A stretch of 64,000 bases of DNA from Setoptus koraiensis (lineage: Eukaryota > Animalia > Arthropoda): the NCBI GenBank assembly GCA_048013815.1, contig CM106586.1, positions 7,626,001 to 7,690,000 on the forward strand. Reading direction: 5' to 3'. The notes under the pieces are model-generated. The model worked only from the letters and a program-made list of their open reading frames with translations. It did not search any database and had not been told where the DNA came from. This document shows positions 25,024 through 35,900 of the stretch, piece after piece. Each line of letters begins with the position of its first letter. Positions within the stretch are counted from its first letter, which is position 1. The position numbers and the translations under genes are program-made.

Positions 25024-25405
25024 CATAACCCTCTTACGTTTAACCTAAGCGAGGGGGAGAAAGGGGCCCAACAAAAGGACCCATAATTTTCCATAGTTGT
25101 TTTCCGGTCCTTAGTAGGACATTCTTTTGTTGTTCGTTCCATTACGTTGCACGTAATCATTGTTAGCTCACCTCGATGGAAAGTTGGTCTAATAATAAAC
25201 TTCGCTCGAGTATCAATTGGCAGAGACAGAGTCGCTAAAAGATTGTTTTTTCCACTGGATTCCAGAAAAATAATATTAATAGACTCTCTCCATATAACCC
25301 GTCCAATAGAACAGTCACAAATGGTTTCAATATATTGCAAGCAATGATTTCGAATTAAAAAATTGCAGTTTATCCTTGATTGTCGTGCTCTGATTAATTT
25401 CGATA

Positions 25406-26161
25406 ATGCATCTATTCAATGTCATCATTATTGCTGTAGGGACTCTCATGTTTGTCATGAGTTTCAGTTCATTGATGGTTAACGGACAGGAGCGATTTTT
25501 GGAACAAATAAAGATGATCAACGATCAAGTTGAAAAATGGTACCAGAAAGAATCTCATCTGTTGTCGAATCTCAAAGAGGTTGCTGGACATGCCAGTGCG
25601 GTTCATCTGCAAAGTAAGAGTCAGCATTGGCCAAGACTAATGATGAAAGTATTACAAGTGGCCACTTACACAGGCAAGTTTTGGCCATTTGAATTATCGA
25701 GTGAGGTGGACATGGGAACCGTCACTCATCTTGTGGCCGGGTTACATAATGACATTCCATCAGCAAAGAGACAACTCAGCCGTAATTTCAACTGGTATAT
25801 AAATTACAAGGGCAGATTTCGCAATGCAGATAGTGATGTGTATGTCGAGCAGATGAAAAAATTGTGCTACCCCTACGGTGACCACAGCAAAAATTATTTC
25901 AACTTCCAAAAAGCCATTAACGATCTTTTAAAGATAGCCAAGGAGGAGAATGTTGACGATAAACAGTTCAATGAGCTTGTCATCACTAGTAAGGAGCCTA
26001 TTGCGCCACTTTATTCTACAGCAAAGATCTGTCAATCGATCATAGTGGCAGCAACCTCGCTTCCTCCGCAATGGTTCGTATGGTCTGAACCTGCCGAAAG
26101 TCAGCTCAAGGCATGGCCCTACCCCGGGATCTGGATTTTTCCAGAGGATAAAGAATATTGA
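25406..26161 (+). CDS. Orphan predicted secreted protein (251 aa)
   Basis: Long high-complexity ORF with a hydrophobic N-terminus (MHLFNVIIIAVGTLMFVMSFSSLMVNG), two Cys and no TM; family not recognised. Confidence 0.8.
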   Translation: MHLFNVIIIAVGTLMFVMSFSSLMVNGQERFLEQIKMINDQVEKWYQKESHLLSNLKEVAGHASAVHLQSKSQHWPRLMMKVLQVATYTGKFWPFELSSEVDMGTVTHLVAGLHNDIPSAKRQLSRNFNWYINYKGRFRNADSDVYVEQMKKLCYPYGDHSKNYFNFQKAINDLLKIAKEENVDDKQFNELVITSKEPIAPLYSTAKICQSIIVAATSLPPQWFVWSEPAESQLKAWPYPGIWIFPEDKEY

Positions 26162-26941
26162 TGACGATCGAGCAATCCAGGGCCTGATGAGATCATGGCC
26201 AGATTAAAACAAAGGACCTAACAAGTCGACCCGTTTATTTGGTGTATTGGATCACTTAAACATTCTCGATGTTGAGAGAGTTGGAACAATCTCTCTTGCC
26301 GAGATTTGAATAATTTTTCGTAGTGTAAGATAATGAAACTGGAGACCAGAAGAATAAGAAACTTATCATGCATTACCCCTTAATGAAGCATTTCACATTC
26401 TTTCAAATGTGTATAGCATATGTGTTGGTGCTAGTAACTATGTACAAATCAGGGTATGAGAAATGAGAATGGAAAACTTGGGTCGGAATTACTGTGATCT
26501 TTCGAACCAATAGGTAGATTGATTTTGGGAAAAATTCCATGCATAAATGGTTGCTGGATCAAAAGTGTGACACATTTTGCTGTTTGTGTAACGAATTCAA
26601 TATAGCAATTGAGTCTAGATGGAGACGCAAGTTCAAGTTTCGCTTCACCCAGTTATTCTCTTGAGTTCTCGATCAACACCACAGCTAGTTTGACGTTTTA
26701 CTTTGGCGGAGCTAGCTGTTTTTTTCAATTTTTCTGAATCATCATCGGAGTTTTTGTTCGCGATGTTCAACCTATCATAGACAGAAATTAAATTAAACAG
26801 AAATACCTGAAGAAACAAATATCCGTCACGCATCAATCCCACTTACTCACAGGAAATACAATTTTATTCAAATAACAGAATTGAAATCTCGTAAATCTCC
26901 CGTTCAATTGTTGGTATGTAAGCATCACGGGTAACAAATTT

Positions 26942-28504
26942 TTACCTCTCTGAATTTGATTTTTTACCGACCGTTCGGTATAAATCAAATGTATAAAATT
27001 GACGGCCGTAATAATAAGAGCCGTATTTATGTCTAGTCCAATTCGCGCATAATCTACCGAAAACCATAATTAAAAAGGTGGCTGCAATTGCTATAGCGAA
27101 GGCAATTCCAATTTCAGCACCCAAAGATCCACCGATATAATGGGGATTCCATTGGGGACCGAAATGATGTTGAGAAACGGCGATGTGATTGGTCACGTGA
27201 CTGAAAGCACTCCCGGAAACGGCACTCGTGCCACCAAACTGGACCTGGCCTTCGGGATCTTCCATATCACTCATGAATGATTGCTTGAATGATTCGTCGA
27301 ATTCGGACAACTTTATGAATTCGGCTATGCGACGTTCATCGGCACTTATTCGTCTCAAGAGCCACGCTTTCAGGCCTCGCGAATAGGTGAAAATTTTAAT
27401 GTTGGGATCAAACGTGGTAACAGTGTCAGTGATCTCGCTAAATCTATGCACTAGAATGTCTTCCCCTGTTCGTCCCTCATTCTTTGCTACGTCAACAACA
27501 AGTGCTTCCTCATTCGAAGAATCTTTTTCAAATTTCATAGGGTTTTCTTGCTCTAAATCGACATTGACATGCACAATAAGAATACCCTGGCAATATTGAA
27601 CTGCGCGAATCCATTTTTGAATTCTTTCATCATTGGTGATGCTTTGATCTAGATCGCCCCGATCGTCTCGAGCCAAATAACCTCGCCATGCTAATTGAGC
27701 AATTGCGTAGATTGAACTTTGAGCGTATCCATCAATCAACTGGCAGGCGCCTTTGATCTTTATGAAATCCTCAAGCATGTCGGCCGAGTTCATTGTAACT
27801 TCAATTGAAAATGCTGTATCGGGTTCAGGTTTTAACGCATCGAACAAGACGATATTTTCTACCTTTGTAAATAGGTTCGGGGAATAGTTTGCAGTTAGAC
27901 TAAACAGCTTGCGCATTTCGGGTGACAAATTTTTTGCGTTTTCATCATCGAAACGCAAATCGTTTTTTGTTGCCAATGCGACAATTTTATCGACTGCTTT
28001 CGCTGATTCGGAACTTTTCTCCGCCAATTCCAGCTTCTGCCCTAACGATCTCTTGCAAGTTAGCACAACTTGTCCAGCGAACAACCTGAAGAATTGCGAT
28101 AATCTGTGCTTCTTCTTGCGATGCAAATATTTGCCACGAATGCCATTATTTTTTATTTGTCTATCGTACTGCAACAATTGGTCGGTGAAATGTGGTTCAC
28201 ACACAGAGTGAATTGACGATGCTTGTCGAACTATTTTTCGGAGGTTTTCGATATCCTCTTTTCCGTGGACACTTCGCAGGCAAAAATCAATTACTGTATT
28301 TATATGGTATTCGATGGGAGGGGCATTTTCTGGCATCAGTTTATCCGCAAGATTTAGAAACTTGTCCACTGTATCAATCTTTTCAATCATTTTGACGCAT
28401 TGATCTTTGGTCAATGTCCCTTTCACAATTGTACTGTGAACCATGTTGGTGTATAAGAATCCACCAACTAGGATCACACAAATCATAAATTTGTAGCTAC
28501 TCAT
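26942..28504 (-). CDS. Orphan signal-peptide/C-terminal TM protein, paralogue 4 (520 aa)
   Basis: Intronless ORF; first ~160 aa nearly identical to paralogue 3; minus-strand AATAAA at 26863-26868. Confidence 0.92.
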   Translation of the reverse strand: MSSYKFMICVILVGGFLYTNMVHSTIVKGTLTKDQCVKMIEKIDTVDKFLNLADKLMPENAPPIEYHINTVIDFCLRSVHGKEDIENLRKIVRQASSIHSVCEPHFTDQLLQYDRQIKNNGIRGKYLHRKKKHRLSQFFRLFAGQVVLTCKRSLGQKLELAEKSSESAKAVDKIVALATKNDLRFDDENAKNLSPEMRKLFSLTANYSPNLFTKVENIVLFDALKPEPDTAFSIEVTMNSADMLEDFIKIKGACQLIDGYAQSSIYAIAQLAWRGYLARDDRGDLDQSITNDERIQKWIRAVQYCQGILIVHVNVDLEQENPMKFEKDSSNEEALVVDVAKNEGRTGEDILVHRFSEITDTVTTFDPNIKIFTYSRGLKAWLLRRISADERRIAEFIKLSEFDESFKQSFMSDMEDPEGQVQFGGTSAVSGSAFSHVTNHIAVSQHHFGPQWNPHYIGGSLGAEIGIAFAIAIAATFLIMVFGRLCANWTRHKYGSYYYGRQFYTFDLYRTVGKKSNSER

Positions 28505-28908
28505 AGCTTTTTTTATTCGAGATAGATTCTCGGCTTCTTGTTAAACATCAAACTATAGGTAATGTACTCAAGATCGACGATTCTTGCCACTCATCGATCC
28601 TTATAAGTCTAATAATTTTAAGTATGATTTCGCCACTATTGACATTCGAGCCTCTCTTCATACTCTATGGTTTATTTTATGCTTGGAATTTACAATCTCC
28701 CGAAAATTTCTCTCTATTGTATCCATGCTTCAATTTCTCATCTCTTTCTAAGCTCACCATTTGTAAATTGCTTCACCTTTGTTACTATTTTAGTTGTCTC
28801 AACTCTATTTTCCCTCATCTAGCTAGTTCTATTCTTGGTGCTAAGTACTAAGGTAAAAATAAGTTGATTCCCTCGAACAAACTATAAAGTTTCGATTGCT
28901 CAAAGAGA

Positions 28909-29420
28909 ATGCATGACGACGATTTCAGGGAATCGATCGGAGCTCAATATGAACGGGTCAAAAGTTATAGAGCAGTGGAGAGGGTGGTCAGAATATCAGA
29001 CACTTCCGGTCTAGGTTCATCTTGACCTAAATAGGACAGAAAAATGGGCCCGCCTCTCCGTAGCTGGAAGTTTCTGTGGTTCGGGACTACGAAATTCATG
29101 ATCTGAGTCCCCTAGAGTGTGTGAGGTTTCGCAACGATCGACGCAGGTACCAGGTCGCAAGAACACTTAACACACGCGTTAAATTGATTGTCATAATTAG
29201 ACATTGATATCATCATTATGCACCATTTCGTTCCAAACTCGTTATATTCACTGAGTGATTCGACGAGCATCGAAAGTTCTTCTGTCGATTCGAGAACATT
29301 CTCAAGTTGTTGTAAGATGCAAATATCCGGATGATTTAAACAAATGGACACAATGCAGGTATGCGAGTCAATTCTGTGTGCATAGCCAACACGGACCAAG
29401 GCACAGAAACTACAATCTGC
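28909..29420 (+). pseudogene. Possible decayed Tc1/mariner-like transposase
   Basis: MHDDDFRESIGAQYERVKSYRAVERVVRISDTS resembles the Tc1 N-terminal HTH pattern (...RxxIVxxxxxGKSYxAI...IS). Downstream frames are broken and no clear DDE motif is visible. Confidence 0.25.
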
Positions 29421-29439
29421 GCTGATCGCTGAGCATAGA

Positions 29440-29753
29440 TAGTGATCGGGGGGAGCAGCAAGCATCCTGCTCCCAGATTTGCTGCCTCGTCCCGCCCGAT
29501 CGCTGGCTCCCTGCTCGCACTAGGGAGTAGGCCCGAGCTCTCCCTCCCGCAACGAGGCCTTTCTCTGCTGCTGGTGTCACTCATAGGCATTTTGTGCCCC
29601 TTATCAAAGATGATATGGAGCTAAAAATTTCGCGCTCTCAGTCTGTGAAAGCAGGGCCCAGCTAGCAAGGGGAGCAAGTGGGAGCTAGCGGGAGCAAGTG
29701 GGAGCTGCGGCTCCCTCGCACAGGCCGGGAGCGGTGAGCTGCCGCGATCAGTA
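29440..29753. mobile_element. Possible hAT-like MITE (alternatively GC-rich MED12 promoter/first exon)
   Basis: TAGTGATCG...CGATCAGTA imperfect termini and many internal GGGAGC/GCTCCC motifs; no matching 8-bp TSD found. Confidence 0.35.
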
Positions 29754-29764
29754 ACACACAGCAG

Positions 29765-29954
29765 TGTTAGGCTATGGAATCAGAAGTCCTTTATTTAAAA
29801 GCGTGCACATGTTTTTATAGTCGTAGTCGTGCAGTAAGGTGAACACAGTATAGAATAAAGGCACAGAATAGTATGTGCCGCACAGAATATGATAAAGTAA
29901 GAATAGTTTAGCGCGCAGCGCTTGAGTTGTGGCAAAGGATGCCAGATCCTAACA
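29765..29954 (-). repeat. 3' LTR (190 bp)
   Basis: TGTTAGG...CCTAACA terminal inverted repeat; 173/177 identical to 36579-36755; minus-strand AATAAA at 29790-29795 and TATAAAA nearby. Confidence 0.97.
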
Positions 29955-29968
29955 TCCCGCCCCTTTAA
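29955..29968 (-). other. Polypurine tract
   Basis: Minus strand TTAAAGGGGCGGGA directly abuts the 3' LTR. Confidence 0.85.
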
Positions 29969-29979
29969 GATGGTTCCTC

Positions 29980-32900
29980 CTAATATAAGCGGAGCTTGCT
30001 TTGCTTATGGCTCATCTTTACATGTGTTGGCAGCGTTTGTCCGTAACCTCCGGAGTACATATACTCCGGCATGTATGATGCTGTATAAACTATGATGTTT
30101 CGGAAAGGCTTCAACGCTAGACGGAGAATCGCTATTAGAATGAATACTACAGGCGAAATACAAGTCCAAATAGCCAATAGGGCTATGGCCATGAGGATGT
30201 AAGTCACACTTTGAAGATTTAAAATAGGTGAAAGATCTACGCTTCCTGTGAGGGCTTCCGCAGCTGCTTTTAGTCCTGGGTGTTTGGGCAGGTCCTGTAT
30301 CCATTGTACGGTTGAAATGTTGGCCAAATATTGAGGCATGTTGTCTAATTTGTCGCCTGACTTCTCGTACCCTTCGACTACAATTGGTAGCCGGTACGTT
30401 GCGAATTTGTAATTAATCTTCGACATAGCCGCGTCGATATTCGTTGTGCTGAGGGATATCTTTCGGGCTTCGAAGATATTGTTTCCTGTGACGAAGGTTA
30501 CCTCGTCTGGTAGCTTGAATGGAAAACTCGGGCATGGCACTGTCCCTGATTCCAGGCTGATGTTGCCTGGGAAGCAGTAGATATGGTTGTAGTTGTCGTG
30601 TGCCACGACTTTGCCCAGGTTAAATGTAATATCTTGTCGTTTAAAGCATTGTGTAGTGTTCCATTTATTTGTTACGTCCGGTTTCGAGAATGCCTGGACA
30701 CACTCAGCTCTGTAGGTGTTGTCTTTGAGTATATCGCTACTGTTTACTTCCTGGTAGCACCCTGAGGTGGCATTGACCAGTACCGTCTTGGGTCCGATAT
30801 AGGAATTTAGGCAAAGCTCATTGTTCGTTCCGTTCCAGTATTGGAACGGTTCGGCTTCCATGATCGCCGAAGCTTGGTCAATCAGGTGTGTAGTAAATGC
30901 AAGGATTAATTTGTCATCTTCCACAACGCATGATCGTGGTTTTCCGTAGCTCATTATGTTATGGTTGTATTGTTTGGGTACTCCGAACAAGTGAAAGAGT
31001 TCGGGTGCGATCCCATCTTCGTAGAACCATTTGTCACGTGCTTTCTTTATATTCAGGTTTATGGTCTGGAGTTTATCCATATACTCGGCCATAAGGATGG
31101 ACGATGCCAGGTTGAGTCCTTGTTCGGTCTGGATCGTCACTATCTCTTTAGCAAACTTCTTAAGGTATTTCTCGGTGAGGTTGTGATCAGTCTGGACTGC
31201 TCTTCTCAAGTCTTCTACTTTAGCGTCTAGCTTACGGAGGATGCCTTCGGAATTTTCTTGTGAGGCTCGTAATTGTACGACGGACTTCTTCAAATAGGGG
31301 ACATCATTCAGTTTGACGTCTAACGCCAGCACAAGCGAACTTGTAGAAATCGCAATGGCGGCTACGTCCCCAACGAACCTCCTTTGTCTGTCCGCTGAGT
31401 TGGTGTAGTTACAAAACCCTTTTATCGGCAGCAGCACCAACTCCCTAAATTTCTCGTAGCATTTTTCGCTCAGCATGGTATCGGACGCGTTCGACGCTGT
31501 TGATCCATCGAATAGCGCGTGACATGGATCGTCAAAGATGACGTCCATGTTGTAGTGGACCATCCCTTTTACTACGGGTATATTGGTCTTCGTCCAGATT
31601 ACCGTGTCGGTTGGTATAAATACTGCGTTTGTCATCATAAATATGCTAAATAAGGTTTGGGCTAATAGTACTAGGTTTATAGTCCTTGGAATAAGCTTTT
31701 GTTTGCGTCTACCTTGGTTGTTTGTTGTGGTTTGGTCGTCTGCTGTTGTTTCTGCTTGTTCTGTCCTTTCTGCGTTGGCCTCCTCGTCCAAGTCGATGAC
31801 GGTTGTTGTCGATTCATCTCCTGTTCTGAACGGTTTCATTCTTGAAACATGAGCGGTTGTTATTTTGCCTTTCTTTGCGACCAATTCTAGTTTGTATATA
31901 TCATTATTTTTCACGCCTATCACCTCATACGGGCCTTGGTATCTGGCGATTAGCTTCGACCCGTCCTTGTTGCTGCGTGGTTCGAAGTGTAGCATGACCA
32001 GGTCGCTCACGGCGTACTTAACTGGTCTGTGTTGGCCGTCATATCGTTGTTTAGAGGCGGCATTGGCGGAGCTTATCCGGTCGAGCACCCTAAGCCGGGT
32101 TAGCTCGATCTCGGATGCGATCATCTCCGCATATTGTTCTGCTCGAGAACTTATCTTGATCGGTCCTCCCGGAAGCCTGAGTTTTCTTCCGTAGAGGACT
32201 TCATATGGCGTTATGCCAGTAGTACTGTGTTTGGTGGCATTGACGGCAAGGACGGACATTCCTAGTGCTTCGTCCCATTCCATGTCGTCACGACCTTGTA
32301 TGCTCATAGCGATTTTGTCCTCCAAGGTTTGGATGGCCCTCTCCACCAGCCCGTTACCTTGGTGGTGGTAAGGGGTGGAGAAGGTCATTTTAATACCAAA
32401 GGCTGCCGTTACGTCTTTTGTTAGATTGGCCTTGAATGCAGGCCCATTATCGGTATGCAATTGCTCTGGCACTCCGTGCAAGGCAATTACATCGTTAATC
32501 AAGAATTTAACAAATTCTTCCGCACTAGTAGACCGGGTCGGTCTGGCGATTATGAATTTCGAGAAAGCACAAGTTGCGACTATGACGTGCGCATTCTTGT
32601 GTCGTGTTTGTTTAAGCGGACCTAGATGGTCGCAGCATATCATCTGAAAGGGATGAGCTGTTTCGAAGGAATGCATAGTCCCTGCTGGCGCCATTCTTGG
32701 GACTTTGTGCTTTTGGCAGATTAGGCACTGCTCGACCGTTCTCTTAACGTCGTCTTCTAACGTTTTCCAATAATAATTCTCTCTTACTAAATCGATTGTT
32801 TGTTTGACACCTGCGTGTCCCGCGGCGTGGACTGAGTTAATTACGCCTGGTCTCTTTGCTAGTGGGACCAGCAGTTTTCCCCGTCGATATAGGAATTCAT

Positions 32901-35900
32901 TGTTTATCTCGAACTCGCTGTCCCCGCGTTCTAAGCTTTCGATAGCCTTTTGGCACTCTTCGTCAGTGTCGTAGAGTACCCTATAATCGTCTAAAGGGAT
33001 TACCAACATAAGGAATTTGCTTTCGTCTAGCCCATCGACTGTGCCTCCCGTCGGCTGTCGCGACAGGCAGTCGACGTCGGTATGTTGTCTACCTGATCGG
33101 TAGACGATATTCAAATTATATTCGGATAGCGCAATTGCCCATCGGGCAAGCTTACCTGTTAACGGTTTAGTTCGGCCCAATGTGCATAGGGCACAATGGT
33201 CGACTATAACCGTACATTCTTGTCCGTAAATGTACTGACGAAATTTCTGAATGCTGTAAATAAGGGCTGCACCTTCGAGTTCGGTGACCCCGTAGCTCTC
33301 TTCGTTGGAGCATGTTCGGCGGCTGGCCGTCGCGATTATCCTCCAGTCATTTCTCTGTTTTTGGTAAAGAATACCGCCGAAGCCTATCTTTGAAGCATCG
33401 GTCTTTAGTAGTAGTGGCAAGCCTGGCACAAAGTACGAGATAGCCTCGCTTTCTATTAGAGCCTTTTTCAACTGCTCGAAGCTCTTCTGGTGCTCGTCTG
33501 TCCATGTAAATCTATTGTCCTTTTTGGTGAGGTCAGTAAGTGGCGCCGCGATCCACGCGAATCTTGGCACAAAGCGTCTATAGTAGCCAAACAGTCCTAG
33601 AGTTTGGCGTACCTGCTCCAGGCTAGTTGGTACCTGTAAGCCGCTTATCGCTTTTATTTTATCGGGTTGTGGCTCTATACCACTTTTGCTTAGTTTGTGG
33701 CCAAGAATATTTGCGGACGCCATAGCGAATTGGCATTTTCTTGCCTTGATTGTGAGATTATGTTCAGATAGACGTTCTAGTACTGATTCTAGACTTTCCA
33801 AGTGTTTGTTCCAAGTTTTAGACATGATCACTATATCATCAAGATATGCGAATATCTGTTGTCCTACGATGCCTGACAAAACTATGGACATCATTCGACT
33901 AAACGACGCCGCGGCATTACAAAGACCGAATGGCAGGCGAAGGAATTCGTACAGTCCGTTGGCTGTCATAAAGGCTGTGAATTCCCTTGACGCCTCGTCT
34001 AATGGCATCTGCCAATAGCCGGCGTTAAGATCTATGCAAGTGAAAAATTCCGCACCATTACCGCTTTCTAATATCTCTTCTTGGTTTGGAAGCGGGTAGA
34101 CCCACTTCTTTGTTGCCGCGTTCAGACGTCTATAATCGACGCAAAATCTAATTGTTCCGTCGCGCTTCTTGACCAGGACAACTGGACTGGCGAACGGCGA
34201 CTGCGAATGCCGAATAACGCCTTTGTCCAGCATGTCCTGAACTTCGTTTTGGATTAGGTCGCGCTCCTTGTATGCGAGGCGCCTGAGCGGCGTCTTGAAT
34301 GGGGTCGGGTCAAGCAATTCTATTTTGTGTGTGTACGCTGATGTACATCCTAGTTTCTCTCCTGCGGAGAACACGTGTTTGTAGTTATTTATGACGGAGA
34401 TTAGCTGACCCTGCTGTTGCTTGGACAGGTGATCGCCAATTTCAATGTCGCCAATGTCGCCAGCCTGGATTATGGCCATTGTCTTCCTATTTTCGCTTGT
34501 GTCCAGATGTTCTGGCGAATATGTTTGCGCTTTATACTCGTTATCCACGGCGTCCCAAGACGCTAACTGCTCCAGGCCTTTGATTTCGATTGGGCTCTTG
34601 GTCGGGTTGGCTATTGTTGTTATTATCTTCTCGTCCGCGATCATGTTGATGCTTTTGGGCAGCAGCGCCTGGTCTTCTCTGTGTTTAGGCTCGATAATTA
34701 TAAGTTTGTTCTTATTGGTTGACCCGTTAATTTTGAGTTCAACCGTTATAATTGAATTCGCTGGGACTTTTATAGGATTGATAGCGTGGCAGCTTCCTTC
34801 CGGGAATGGCTCTACGTTACTTGGCGTTGCATTAGTAATCATGTCGTCGTTCGCTCCTCCGACGAAGATGTTTCTTTCTCTTATGATGTCTTTACCTACG
34901 ATCGCGTCGAAGGGAAGTTCTGTTGCGACCGTGAGTTCGTGTTCAAAGTTGTGTTGCTGATTGAGAGTATTTAATGTTATTTTGACCGTTGTCTCTTTGA
35001 GCTCGCCCATAGAGGTGCCGTTAGCTGTCCCCATGGTGAGGCTAGTTGGCGTGAGCGTTAGATTTAGCTGTAGGGCCTTACTTTCTTTGATCATTGAGGA
35101 CGATGCGCCTGTGTCTATCAGTGCTGTGACAGGCTTGTTGTTTATGAAGATTTTCCTCAGGAAGGGTTTCTCTGGGGCTATGTAGGCTACCACACGGTTA
35201 TTGTTGTTATTACCGTCGTTCTGGTTACGAGGTGGGGCATCGTTTGATTGTTGTCTGTTGTCGCCATAGTTGTTGTGAGGTGGGCCATTGTTGTTACGGT
35301 TGCTGTAGTTGTTGTTCCTAGGCTGCTGTTGGTTACCGCGGTAGTGTCCGTTGTTGTTTCTACCTCGGCCTCTGAATCCGTTACCCTGCTGATTATGGTT
35401 ATCTTGTTGATTGTTGTTTCGGTTATTATTGTAGTTGCTATTCTGATTGTTGTTACGGTAATCTCCTCGAGAGTTGTTGCGTGAGTAGTTGCCTCGGTTG
35501 TTGTTGCCTTGATGATTATTTCTCCTGTTGAAGTTGTTGTTTTGATTGTTGTTATAACCGTTATTTTGATTGTTGTTATAGCCGTTGTTTTGGTTGTTTC
35601 TCTTGCGGCACACATCCCAAGTGTGGCCTCTTTTGTGGCAGTGGTTGCAGCTTACGTTGTTATTATTCGACCTATCACCCCTGTTGTAGATGGCGTTAGC
35701 TTTGCCTTTGCAAGCTTCACGTTTGCGGTTACCTTCTTCTATGAGGCTACAGGTTTTGAGTAACTCTATAAGAGTGAGAGGGTTGGCCTGGGTGAGGTAT
35801 GGTTCGAAAGATGGTAATAGTCTTTCTTTGATTTTATCGACGATTTCTGATTCGTCCATCGACGGATTATATTCTTTGCATAAATAGCGCATGTCGACGA

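Noticed and set aside
18501-28395. Antisense ORFs overlapping the four paralogues (e.g. 18925-19344, 20577-20996, 27909-28211)
   Set aside because: Shadow frames; they recur only because the sense genes are paralogous.
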